Assembly: GCA_001321855.1 (NCBI GenBank)
Contig: JPUP01000096.1
Location: 10,989 to 74,988 of the forward strand
Direction: 5' to 3'
DNA: 64,000 nucleotides
Origin: SAR11 cluster bacterium PRT-SC02
Lineage (GTDB): Bacteria > Pseudomonadota > Alphaproteobacteria > Pelagibacterales > Pelagibacteraceae
Both the position numbers and the translations under genes were made by a program. Of the stretch, positions 55,069-64,000 are shown piece after piece. The notes beneath the pieces were generated by a model. The model saw only the letters and a list, made by a program, of their open reading frames with translations, did not search any database and was not told the DNA's origin. Numbering within the stretch: the first letter of the stretch is position 1; the number at the start of each line of letters is the position of its first letter.

Positions 55069-55554
55069 ATAATTTTAAAAAATAAATTCTTAATTTATAA
55101 TGATTATAAATTAAAATGTGCAATAGGTAAAAGAGGAATTAAACATAAAAAGAGAGAGGGTGATAAAAGCACACCAAAAGGTCTTTTTAAATTAAAATAC
55201 GTGCTTTATAGGAAAGATAAAATAAAGAAACCTAAAACAGCCTTAAAAACAAAAATATTAAAAAGAAATATGGGATGGTGCGATGATATAAGATCAAAAC
55301 ATTATAATAAATTAATTAAATTTCCTTTCCGTTGGAGAGCGGAAAAGCTATACCGAAGTGATAATACTTATAATATTGTAGTGGTGCTAGACTACAATAT
55401 GAAACCAATTGTGAAAGGTAAAGGTAGTGCAGTATTTATTCATTTATCCAAAAACAATTATAGTCCGACATTAGGATGCATTTCTCTAAATTTAAAAGAT
55501 TTATATTTGCTTTTAAGTTTAGTTAAAAAGAGAGTTTATTTGAAAATAAATTAA
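55063..55554 (+). CDS. L,D-transpeptidase (YkuD) family protein
   Basis: KREGDKSTPKG, GWCDD, GSAVFIH...PTLGCI. Confidence 0.88.
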   Translation: MHIILKNKFLIYNDYKLKCAIGKRGIKHKKREGDKSTPKGLFKLKYVLYRKDKIKKPKTALKTKILKRNMGWCDDIRSKHYNKLIKFPFRWRAEKLYRSDNTYNIVVVLDYNMKPIVKGKGSAVFIHLSKNNYSPTLGCISLNLKDLYLLLSLVKKRVYLKIN

Positions 55555-56201
55555 CTTCTCTCTCCAAATATTGCACTACCAATTCTAATAAAAGTCGCGT
55601 TATGTTTTAAAGCAAGATGATAATCTTGCGACATACCCATGCTGAGTTCTTTTAAATTTAAAGATGTATTTAATTTATTAATTTTTTCAAAGTACTTCTC
55701 TGTATTGTTATCATTCGGAGGTATAATCATTAAGCCTATTATATTTAATTCAAGTTCTTTTACACAGAGCATGTAAAAATTATTTAAGTCTTTAACAGCT
55801 ACACCTGATTTTTGTGACTCATCGCCAATATTTACTTGAATAAAATATTTTAATTTTTTATTAATTTTTTTTTCATGACTGCTTATAACTTTGGCTAATT
55901 TTTCATTATCTAAAGAATGAATGTAATCAAAAACCTCTACTGCTTTTTTTGCTTTATTAGACTGTAATCTACCAACCATATGAAGTTTTAAATTGTGATT
56001 TTTAACCCTGACATCAGACCACTTCTTTTCTGCTTCTTGAACTTTATTTTCTCCAAAGTGATTATGCCCATGTAAAATAAGGGGTTTTATGTAATCAAAA
56101 TCAAAAGTTTTAGACACTGCTATTATATTGGGCTTTGTATTGCGTTTGGATTTTGAAATATTTTCTTTTATTTTTTCAAATCTTTGAATAATGATACTCA
56201 T
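55551..56201 (-). CDS. yggS: PLP homeostasis protein YggS
   Basis: IAVSKT, FGENKVQE, HMVGRLQSNK, QKSG, LSMGMSQDY, RIGSAIFG. Confidence 0.95.
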   Translation of the reverse strand: MSIIIQRFEKIKENISKSKRNTKPNIIAVSKTFDFDYIKPLILHGHNHFGENKVQEAEKKWSDVRVKNHNLKLHMVGRLQSNKAKKAVEVFDYIHSLDNEKLAKVISSHEKKINKKLKYFIQVNIGDESQKSGVAVKDLNNFYMLCVKELELNIIGLMIIPPNDNNTEKYFEKINKLNTSLNLKELSMGMSQDYHLALKHNATFIRIGSAIFGERS

Positions 56202-56774
56202 ATGGCAATCATAAAAAATTATTACTATTTAATGATAGATAGTGCACAAAATTTTGATTTAGATCAAATAAAACTTAAAAATAAATTTATTATAATCATG
56301 ACTTTGCTTCAAAATTGTAAAGATAATCAAATTATAGAATTTAGAAATAAGTGTAGAGCCAAAAAAATTAAATTTTTCATCAAAAATAACTTAAAATCAG
56401 TTGTCAAATACAAAGCTGATGGACTGTACATTTCAGCACATAATAAAAATTTAAGATTGAATCAAATTATAAATTTAAATACAGATATTATAGGTTCAGC
56501 ACACAACATAAAAGAATTAAACATAAAAATAAAACAAAAATGTAATAAAATAATTTTCTCAAGACTCTTTAAAACTAACTATAAAGAAAAAAAAACTTTT
56601 CTAGGCCTAGTAAAATTTAATCTAATTTCAAGAGTCATTAATAAAGAATTAATTCCTCTGGGTGGTATACGAGAAAATAATCTTCAGTTAACGAGATTAG
56701 CTAATTCAAAAGGCTTTTGTATTTTATCGGAAGTAAAAAAAAAGCCGGCTAAAATAATTAACCGGCTTTTTTAA
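56202..56774 (+). CDS. Degenerate thiamine-phosphate-synthase (ThiE/TenI)-like protein
   Basis: ADGLYIS, GSAHNIKE, SRLFKT, IPLGGI; start taken at ATG 56202. Confidence 0.7.
   Translation: MAIIKNYYYLMIDSAQNFDLDQIKLKNKFIIIMTLLQNCKDNQIIEFRNKCRAKKIKFFIKNNLKSVVKYKADGLYISAHNKNLRLNQIINLNTDIIGSAHNIKELNIKIKQKCNKIIFSRLFKTNYKEKKTFLGLVKFNLISRVINKELIPLGGIRENNLQLTRLANSKGFCILSEVKKKPAKIINRLF
56735..56772. terminator. Bidirectional intrinsic terminator (porin and thiE-like genes)
   Basis: A9-GCCGG-CTAAAATAATTAA-CCGGC-T6 between convergent genes. Confidence 0.85.
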
Positions 56775-56792
56775 ATAATTAAATGGTATTAA

Positions 56793-57905
56793 TTAAAATG
56801 CCATTTTTACAGAGATGAACGTTTGTGTTGTATCGTGTTCATCGTTAGCTGTTGCGTTATCACCATTGTAACTGATTTCGTCAGCTTCAGCGTGACCAAT
56901 CGCTACAGTCATTCCACCAACATTGTAAGCAGCTTGAATAGTGTCTACATTGATTACTGGAGTTGCAGATGTTTCTGCGTCTGTAGCAACAGCGACATCA
57001 ACTTCAGTCAATTCAAACTCTTCAGTTGTGAATGATACTGATAATTGATCGTTTACTGAAACACCTAAACCGTAAGAAGTATTCTCATACTTTCTTGCTT
57101 CATTAGTAGTGTCTGTATCAGCTGTTCTTGCAGCAACACGTGGTTGAATGTAAGTTTTACCATAACCAATAGTTGCTGGCCCTATAGCGTATTTTACGTA
57201 TAGTGAACCATTCTCTGGTTGGTATTTTGTAGCTGTTACACCACCGTTATGAGTTGCTTCTGCGTATGAAGCACCCACTGATAAGCCATCAATTGGTGTT
57301 GCTGTAATTTGGTATGACGTCGCTTCCGCGATATCAGCAGTGTTTGCACCTTGTGCTCTTACTGATGCAGCTTTTGTTTGTCCAGTTGCACCATTTGGAG
57401 CGAAGGCAACTTTTGCCTGAATACCGAATGGAAGTAAATCAGCTGGTGTGTGGTACTGAATATTATTATAGTCAGATGCCTCTATACCATTGATTTCTGC
57501 GTCCGTTGTAATTCCTTGGTCAGAACCAGCGCCGTATGCTGAAACATCCCAGCCATAGTGACTACCTAAAGAACCTTCAGATACATAGAATCCTACTGTA
57601 CCGAATGGAGAAGTTATTTCTAATCTTCCATCGTCTGTAGCAGAACCATCATCAAACTGAGTTTGATATTTCCATGTGTATCCGTTATCTGTTTCACCTG
57701 TTGCAGTGAAATCGATTTCGTTTGCAACACCGATACCTTTACCACCTACTGTGTCAGTATCATCAACGCCTGTTCCAGTTTTGGCACCAGATATGCTATA
57801 AGTAGCTTCTGCGTTACCTGTAACTGTTACTTCACCAGCGTATGATGTACTTAAAAGTGATAAAGATGCGATCATTGCTAACATTATTTTTGTTAGTTTT
57901 GTCAT
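56793..57905 (-). CDS. Major outer-membrane porin
   Basis: Signal peptide ending SYA, beta-strand pattern, C-terminal Phe, AAAGGAAA SD before ATG 57905, visibly more GC-rich coding sequence. Confidence 0.88.
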   Translation of the reverse strand: MTKLTKIMLAMIASLSLLSTSYAGEVTVTGNAEATYSISGAKTGTGVDDTDTVGGKGIGVANEIDFTATGETDNGYTWKYQTQFDDGSATDDGRLEITSPFGTVGFYVSEGSLGSHYGWDVSAYGAGSDQGITTDAEINGIEASDYNNIQYHTPADLLPFGIQAKVAFAPNGATGQTKAASVRAQGANTADIAEATSYQITATPIDGLSVGASYAEATHNGGVTATKYQPENGSLYVKYAIGPATIGYGKTYIQPRVAARTADTDTTNEARKYENTSYGLGVSVNDQLSVSFTTEEFELTEVDVAVATDAETSATPVINVDTIQAAYNVGGMTVAIGHAEADEISYNGDNATANDEHDTTQTFISVKMAF

Positions 57906-58076
57906 GTCTTTTCCTTTCATAATTAAACATTAATGTTTAAACAGCGTGAAATTATAGAATTTTCCTTTTTTTTTCGACGTTTTTACCTAAACTTGTTGAT
58001 TTTTTCTTCATTTGTGACATATTAGCAACACTATAATTTACTTTAGTTTAATCTATAACAGTAGTAATTAAAAAAA

Positions 58077-58601
58077 ATGATCAATTTTTCAAAGAAAATG
58101 CGGTTTTTTACAGCTCTTTTGGTAATCATTTTTCTAACAACCTCTTGTGGAATTTATAAACCAGTTGATGCTAGAAAAACGCCAGTTCAAGGAGATAAAC
58201 GAGCTAGGAAGGCTGTTGATGAGGGCAGAGGCATTAGTTTAGGCAACGTAATGAAAAGAGGAGGAACAACTTTTGAGTTCAGCTCTTCTAATCCTATGTG
58301 GAGAGCATCTCTAGATATTTTGGATTTTATTCCTTTAACAAATGCTGATTATTCTGGAGGTGTAATAATTACTGATTGGTATAGCAAATCTGGTGAAGAT
58401 TATTCTATTAAAATTACACTTAGATTTTTATCAAATGAAATTAGAGCAGATAGTATTGCGATTAAAATACATAAAAAGATTTGTAATTTAAATCAAGTTT
58501 GTACAGTAAACGAAATAGAATCTAAATTAAAAAATGAAATTCGAGACACAATAATTAAAAAAGCTGCGTTAATTGAAAGAAATCAAAAAAAGAAAAATTA
58601 A
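58077..58601 (+). CDS. DUF3576-like lipoprotein
   Basis: Lipobox LTTSC, NPMWRASLDILDFIPL, DYSGGVIITDWY; upstream of leuS. Confidence 0.82.
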   Translation: MINFSKKMRFFTALLVIIFLTTSCGIYKPVDARKTPVQGDKRARKAVDEGRGISLGNVMKRGGTTFEFSSSNPMWRASLDILDFIPLTNADYSGGVIITDWYSKSGEDYSIKITLRFLSNEIRADSIAIKIHKKICNLNQVCTVNEIESKLKNEIRDTIIKKAALIERNQKKKN

Positions 58602-58616
58602 TCTTATTTAATTTTT

Positions 58617-61133
58617 ATGGAAAGAATTGTTTTTAATAAGATAGAAAAAAAGTGGCAAGATATTTGGTCCGAAAAGAAAGTTAAAAAAAAGAAAAATCAA
58701 AAAAAATTTTATTGTCTTGAAATGTTTCCCTATCCCTCTGGAAAAATACACATGGGACATGTAAGAAATTATACAATAGGTGATGTAATAGCTAGACATA
58801 AAATCATGAAAGGTTTTGATGTTATGCATCCGATGGGATGGGATGCTTTTGGTTTACCAGCTGAAAATGCTGCAAAAGAAAATAATTTAAATCCAAAAGA
58901 ATGGACATTTCAAAATATTGAGACAATGAAAAAACAGTTGCAAATGCTTGGTTTTTCAATTGATTGGGAAAGAGAAATTTCAACCTGTAAAGAAGATTAT
59001 TATAAACAGCAACAATCGTTGTTTATAGATTTATATAAGAACGACTTTGTAGGTAGAAAAGAAACTTATGTAAATTGGGACCCTGTTGAAAAGACAGTTT
59101 TAGCAAATGAACAAGTAATTGATGGCAAAGGATGGAGATCTAATCAACCAGTGGAGCGAAAAAAATTAAATCAATGGTTTTTTAAAATCACTAAATTTTC
59201 TGAAGATTTATTAAATGACATGAAAACATTAGATAATTGGCCAAATAAAGTTAAATTAATGCAAAGCAATTGGATTGGAAAATCTGTTGGGTGTGAAATA
59301 GATTTTCAATTATCTAATAGTAAGGAGAAAATAAAAGTTTTTACAACTCGCCCAGATACAATATTTGGTGCAACTTTTTTATCTATATCTGTTGATCATC
59401 CAATATGTAAAATTATTAAATCACAAAAAGAATTTCAAAATTTTAAATTAAAATGTTTAAAAACCGGTACGACTGAGGAAGCAATTGCTAATGCTGAAAA
59501 GGAGGGTTTTAAAACTGAATTTTCAGCTATAAACCCTTTTAATAAAAAAGAAATTCCTGTTTACGTCTCTAATTTTGTTTTGATGGATTATGGAACTGGA
59601 GCTATTTTTGGTTGTCCTGCTCACGATCAAAGAGACTTAGATTTTGCAATTAAATACGACTTAGAAGTCATTCAAGTAGTAAAAGAAAATGATTTGATTG
59701 ATTTTAAGAAAACTGGAACCGCTTTCACCGACCATGGGATAATGGTAAACTCTTCAATGCTAAATGGACTAAGTACTAGTGATGCTAAAATCAAAATTAT
59801 TAAAGAAGTTGAAAAAAATAAAATTGGAAAAAAAAAGATATCTTATAGATTGAGAGACTGGGGTGTTTCTAGACAAAGGTATTGGGGATGCCCAATTCCA
59901 ATTGTTTACGATAAAAAAGGAAAAATCCATGTTCTTGATAAATCTGAATTGCCAGTAAAATTACCAGAGGATGTTGATTTTAATCAACCAGGAAATCCCC
60001 TGGATAAGCACAAAAATTGGAAATATTATAAAAACAGCAAGGGTGAAGAATTTATTAGAGAGACAGATACATTAGATACATTTGTGGACTCCTCGTGGTA
60101 TTTTTTAAGATTTTGCTCACCCCAAAATAATCAAGAACCGTTCAATTTAAGTGAAGTAAATTACTGGATGCCTGTTGATCAATATATTGGAGGTGTAGAA
60201 CATGCAATTTTACATCTTCTCTATTCTAGATTCTTTGTAAAAGCCTTAAAAAAGTGTGGTTATAAAATTGAATTTGATGAGCCTTTCAAAAACTTATTTA
60301 CACAAGGTATGATTACACATGAAACCTACAAAGATGAAAATGGTAAATGGCTTAGCCCTGATGAAATTGAAAAGGTAGGAGATAAATTAGCTAAGAAAAA
60401 AAAAGATAAAAGCGATGTCACAGTTGGTGCCCCAGAGTCAATGTCAAAATCAAAAAAAAATATAATTGACCCAGAGGAGACAGTTAAAATTTATGGAGCC
60501 GACTCAATTAGATGGTTTGTTTTATCGGACAGCCCGCCTGACAAAGATATTTTATGGTCTGATCGTGGTATAAATGCTGCTTACAAATTTTTGCAAAAAG
60601 TGTGGAATTTAAACTCACAAATCAATCTTTTATCTGAAAGAAAAGGTAATCTCGATATTGAAAAAAAATATGAGAAGGAATTTTCCAAATATATTTTAAA
60701 AATTGATGATCATATAGAAAAATTTAATCTTAACGTTATGATCGCTAATATTTATGAATATTTTAATGCTCTTAACGAGTGCTTTAAACTTTCAGCCAGC
60801 AAGACTTTTTTGGAAAAACACTTGATCAATTTGATGAAAATTATGTTTCCTATCACTCCACATCTTTCAAGCGAATGTTTAGAAACTCTTAAATGTAAGA
60901 GTGATGAGTGGCCTTCTGTTGATAAAAAGTTAGTAAAAGACGATGAAATAAAACTGGTTGTGCAAATTAATGGTAAAACGAGATTAGTTACATCGATGAA
61001 GGTAGATATGGAAGAGAATAAAATTACAGAAACTTTGTTAAAAAATGATAAACTTAAAAAATATTTGGTAGAAAATAAAATTAAAAATAAAATATTTATT
61101 AAAAATAAGCTTATTAATTATATAATAAAATGA
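58617..61133 (+). CDS. leuS: Leucyl-tRNA synthetase
   Basis: [48 protein letters not shown]. Confidence 0.97.
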   Translation: MERIVFNKIEKKWQDIWSEKKVKKKKNQKKFYCLEMFPYPSGKIHMGHVRNYTIGDVIARHKIMKGFDVMHPMGWDAFGLPAENAAKENNLNPKEWTFQNIETMKKQLQMLGFSIDWEREISTCKEDYYKQQQSLFIDLYKNDFVGRKETYVNWDPVEKTVLANEQVIDGKGWRSNQPVERKKLNQWFFKITKFSEDLLNDMKTLDNWPNKVKLMQSNWIGKSVGCEIDFQLSNSKEKIKVFTTRPDTIFGATFLSISVDHPICKIIKSQKEFQNFKLKCLKTGTTEEAIANAEKEGFKTEFSAINPFNKKEIPVYVSNFVLMDYGTGAIFGCPAHDQRDLDFAIKYDLEVIQVVKENDLIDFKKTGTAFTDHGIMVNSSMLNGLSTSDAKIKIIKEVEKNKIGKKKISYRLRDWGVSRQRYWGCPIPIVYDKKGKIHVLDKSELPVKLPEDVDFNQPGNPLDKHKNWKYYKNSKGEEFIRETDTLDTFVDSSWYFLRFCSPQNNQEPFNLSEVNYWMPVDQYIGGVEHAILHLLYSRFFVKALKKCGYKIEFDEPFKNLFTQGMITHETYKDENGKWLSPDEIEKVGDKLAKKKKDKSDVTVGAPESMSKSKKNIIDPEETVKIYGADSIRWFVLSDSPPDKDILWSDRGINAAYKFLQKVWNLNSQINLLSERKGNLDIEKKYEKEFSKYILKIDDHIEKFNLNVMIANIYEYFNALNECFKLSASKTFLEKHLINLMKIMFPITPHLSSECLETLKCKSDEWPSVDKKLVKDDEIKLVVQINGKTRLVTSMKVDMEENKITETLLKNDKLKKYLVENKIKNKIFIKNKLINYIIK

Positions 61134-61591
61134 AAATCTTTTTGAAATTACTAATTATAATTAATGTTTTGCTCTTTTTATCATCTTGCGGATTTAAAAG
61201 CTTAGTTCAAGAGAATCCTATTAATTTAAATATTAAAAATTTCATAACACAAAAAGGAGATAAAAAATTAGGCAAAATAATCAGAAGTGATGTGATGTTA
61301 TATAGTTCTAAAGAAGCTAAAAAGAATATAGATATTATTTTAGAAATTGATAAACAAAAACAAATTAGAGAAAAAAATCTAAAAAATAGAGTCACTAAAT
61401 ACAATTTAACATTAAATGTTGCAGTTTTTGTAAAAGGCGATTTTGAAGATAAATTTACCTTTAATAAAACCTCTTCAACTACCGTAACAGCCTCGTCGTT
61501 TAATAATTTTTTAGAAGAAGAAAGAGTTTACGCAAATCTTTCAAAACGTATAGCTGATGATATTAAAAATATGTTAGCACTTAATTATTGA
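61130..61591 (+). CDS. lptE: LPS assembly lipoprotein LptE-like
   Basis: Lipobox LSSCGF; leuS-lptE-holA synteny. Confidence 0.75.
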   Translation: MKIFLKLLIIINVLLFLSSCGFKSLVQENPINLNIKNFITQKGDKKLGKIIRSDVMLYSSKEAKKNIDIILEIDKQKQIREKNLKNRVTKYNLTLNVAVFVKGDFEDKFTFNKTSSTTVTASSFNNFLEEERVYANLSKRIADDIKNMLALNY

Positions 61592-61592
61592 G

Positions 61593-62585
61593 ATGATTAT
61601 AAAAAGCTTCTTAATTGAAAAAAATATAGATGAATTAAAAAAATTTAAATCTATTTTAATTTACGGTGAAAATGAAGGTCTAATTAGTGATATAAAAAAA
61701 TTATTAGTTAAAAAAAATAAAGTAAAACCAAAAAATTATTATATGAGTGATTTATTAAATAACAGTAAAAATATTATTAATGAATTTGCTAATGGGTCTT
61801 TGTTTGGTGATCCTAGCCTAATTTTTATAAATAATGCTGAGGACAAAATTGCAGAAAAGATCATAGATTTAATTAATTTAAAGACAGAGACAAAACTCGT
61901 GGTTATATCAGAAAAATTAGAAGCCAAATCTAAGCTGAGAGCAATTTTTGAAAAGGATAAAAGTTTAGCTTGTGTTCCATGCTACAAGGATAATGATTAC
62001 ACGTTGATGAATTATGCTCAAAACAAATTAAAAAACACTGAAGGAGTTTCTAAAGAAATAATAGAGTACATTATTGAAAATTCTGATGGAAACAGGAGAA
62101 TTATAAATTCTGAAATCTCTAAAATACTCACTTTGTCTGAAACTGAAAAAATTACATTAGGAAAAATTGAGAAATTACTTAATGAAAAAAACATTGAAGA
62201 TTTCAAGGACTTAATGAATGCATCAATTGAAGGTGATAAAGAAAAATTAAATAAACTTATTGGAAGTTACAATCTTTCAGACGATAATCTATTTTTGTTT
62301 GTAAATCAGATAGGACAAAGGCTCTTAAAAATAAAACAAATGAAGTATTTGCAAAAAAAAACAAATAACGTTGATCAAATATTAAATGATTTAAAGCCTA
62401 AGGTTTTTTGGAAAGATAAAAATTCTTATATCAAACAATTTAACAAATGGAAGGATAAGGATTTAAATGTAATTATAGGAGACCTAAATAATATTGAACT
62501 TTCTTTAAAATCAAAGTCACAGATAAATAAAAATATTTTATTTAAAATGTTTTTAGTTAAAACTTGCGGTACAGCTTCTACTTAG
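61593..62585 (+). CDS. holA: DNA polymerase III delta subunit
   Basis: LIYGENEG, SLFG, SKLR..FEK, CY, EISKI, P.VFWK; synteny. Confidence 0.88.
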   Translation: MIIKSFLIEKNIDELKKFKSILIYGENEGLISDIKKLLVKKNKVKPKNYYMSDLLNNSKNIINEFANGSLFGDPSLIFINNAEDKIAEKIIDLINLKTETKLVVISEKLEAKSKLRAIFEKDKSLACVPCYKDNDYTLMNYAQNKLKNTEGVSKEIIEYIIENSDGNRRIINSEISKILTLSETEKITLGKIEKLLNEKNIEDFKDLMNASIEGDKEKLNKLIGSYNLSDDNLFLFVNQIGQRLLKIKQMKYLQKKTNNVDQILNDLKPKVFWKDKNSYIKQFNKWKDKDLNVIIGDLNNIELSLKSKSQINKNILFKMFLVKTCGTAST

Positions 62586-63423
62586 TTTTTAATAATTTGG
62601 TAAGAAATTCGAATTGATCAAGATTTTTATATTCTAACATTATCTTACCTGAATTATTTTTTTTGTTAGTTATAGAAACTTTTAAGCCTAAAATACGTTC
62701 TAACTCACGTTGAATATCAAATACATTAGGATCAATTGTGAAAGATTTTTTTGTATTTTTCTTGAGACTTTCAATAGATCTTGCAGACATCTTTTTTGAC
62801 AAAATTTCCTCTGCGATTTGTGATGCATTAGGTAAACCAACCAAGGGACGAGCTTGACCAGCAGTTAATTCTCCATCTTGTAACATGGCTATTATATCTT
62901 TCGGCAATGTTAATAATCTTAATGTATTACTAATATGGCTCCTGCTTTTCGACATCATCTTAGCAATTTTATCTTGATCATATCCAAATTCCTTGTGTAA
63001 CCTTTCAAAACCTTTGGCCTCTTCAATAATATTTAAATCCTCTCTTTGGATATTTTCGACTATTGCAACTTCTAAAGCTTCATTATCATCTAAATCTAAT
63101 ATAATTATAGGTACTTCATGTAATCCTGCTTTTTGTGCAGCCAACCATCTTCTTTCACCAGCAATTATATCATAGGTATTATCCTCATTTTTGCTAGGTC
63201 TTACAGCAATAGGCTGTATAATCCCATTTTTTTTAATTGAAGATGCTAATTCATCAAGTTTAGCCTCATCAAAGTTTATTCTTGGTTGGTAATTGTTTCT
63301 GTTTAAATTACTAATAGAAGCTTTAATAGGGGTCAAACTGATATCTTTTGTAGGCGCACTTTTTTCCTGATCTCCAAATAAAGCAGATAGACCTTTACCC
63401 AAACCTTTTTTCTTTTTAGACAT
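62578..63423 (-). CDS. parB: Chromosome partitioning protein ParB
   Basis: GLGKGLSAL, YQPR, GIIQPI, IIAGERRW, ENIQREDLN, SRSHISN. Confidence 0.96.
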   Translation of the reverse strand: MSKKKKGLGKGLSALFGDQEKSAPTKDISLTPIKASISNLNRNNYQPRINFDEAKLDELASSIKKNGIIQPIAVRPSKNEDNTYDIIAGERRWLAAQKAGLHEVPIIILDLDDNEALEVAIVENIQREDLNIIEEAKGFERLHKEFGYDQDKIAKMMSKSRSHISNTLRLLTLPKDIIAMLQDGELTAGQARPLVGLPNASQIAEEILSKKMSARSIESLKKNTKKSFTIDPNVFDIQRELERILGLKVSITNKKNNSGKIMLEYKNLDQFEFLTKLLKTK

Positions 63424-64000
63424 TATGCTGCGCTACCCATTTTATTTTTTTTTTTTAAAAACTCACGTGCAAGATGAGAGTAAGCTTTGCTTCCACTACA
63501 TAGAGGATCGTAAAAGACACAAGGCTCACCATGCGATGGTGCTTCGGATAATCTTACATTCCTAGGTATAACGTTGAAGTAAACTTTATCTTTGAAGAAG
63601 TTTCTGGCTTCTTGATCAACTTGTTGTGATAATTTATTTCTTTTGTCAAACATGGTAAGAAGTATCCCTCTTATTTCTAACGATGGGTTAAGGCTTACTT
63701 TAATTCTATCTATTGTTTTAACTAGCTGACTTATGCCTTCCAAGGCAAAAAATTCAGTTTGTAAAGGCACTAATATTTCATCTGAAGTAACTAATGCCAT
63801 TATAGTTAACAAACTTAATGATGGAGGACAGTCAATAAAGACATTGTCATAACTTTCAATTATGTTTTTATTTTCTCCCTTTAAAATTTCCTTTAACAAG
63901 AAGGCTCTGTTTGAATCATTTGCTGTTTCTACTTCTAAACCAGATAAATTAACATTTGATCCTATAATATCTAAATTTGAAATGTTCGTTTTTTGAATAA
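63423..64000 (-). CDS. parA: Chromosome partitioning ATPase ParA, 5' end outside the window
   Basis: IDCPPSL, PLQTEFFALEG, IPRNVRLSEAPSHG; frame stays open to the window edge. Confidence 0.94.
   Translation of the reverse strand, partial: IQKTNISNLDIIGSNVNLSGLEVETANDSNRAFLLKEILKGENKNIIESYDNVFIDCPPSLSLLTIMALVTSDEILVPLQTEFFALEGISQLVKTIDRIKVSLNPSLEIRGILLTMFDKRNKLSQQVDQEARNFFKDKVYFNVIPRNVRLSEAPSHGEPCVFYDPLCSGSKAYSHLAREFLKKKNKMGSAA

Noticed and set aside
56793-57905. Higher-GC porin gene as a horizontally acquired island
   Set aside because: Ala/Thr/Gly-rich composition and high-expression codon bias explain it; no mobility genes or flanking repeats

Overview
Very AT-rich, extremely gene-dense core-chromosome segment of a streamlined marine alphaproteobacterium. 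Composition, near-zero spacers and gene order are most consistent with SAR11/Pelagibacterales, an inference made without any database search. It holds about 65 CDS, mostly housekeeping: gyrB-dnaN-dnaA-rpsT-mutM, ubiE-ubiB-coaBC-dut, fabA-fabB-fabI, metK-nusA-infB-rbfA-rpsO-pnp, fur-miaB-phoH-ybeY-lnt, murJ-trpS-nfuA, maeB, grpE-dnaK-dnaJ, dapB-nth, a major porin, leuS-lptE-holA and parB-parA. I saw no rRNA, tRNA, CRISPR array, IS or prophage. Best observations: (1) a 43-aa ArfA-like ribosome-rescue gene (KKGKGSF motif, own stop codon) missed by the ORF track and coupled to a pseudo-response regulator; (2) a four-gene polyamine operon (fold-III decarboxylase, DHS-like synthase, AguB, AguA) lying between regB and regA, with regA carrying a consensus RpoH promoter; (3) an irr-katG-DUF2061 module with an Irr/ICE-like box before a divergent KatG; (4) a rimP-leader-type attenuator retained before nusA although rimP is absent; (5) an unannotated 55-aa two-TM protein between dnaJ and dapB; (6) several divergent gene pairs whose start codons touch or overlap.
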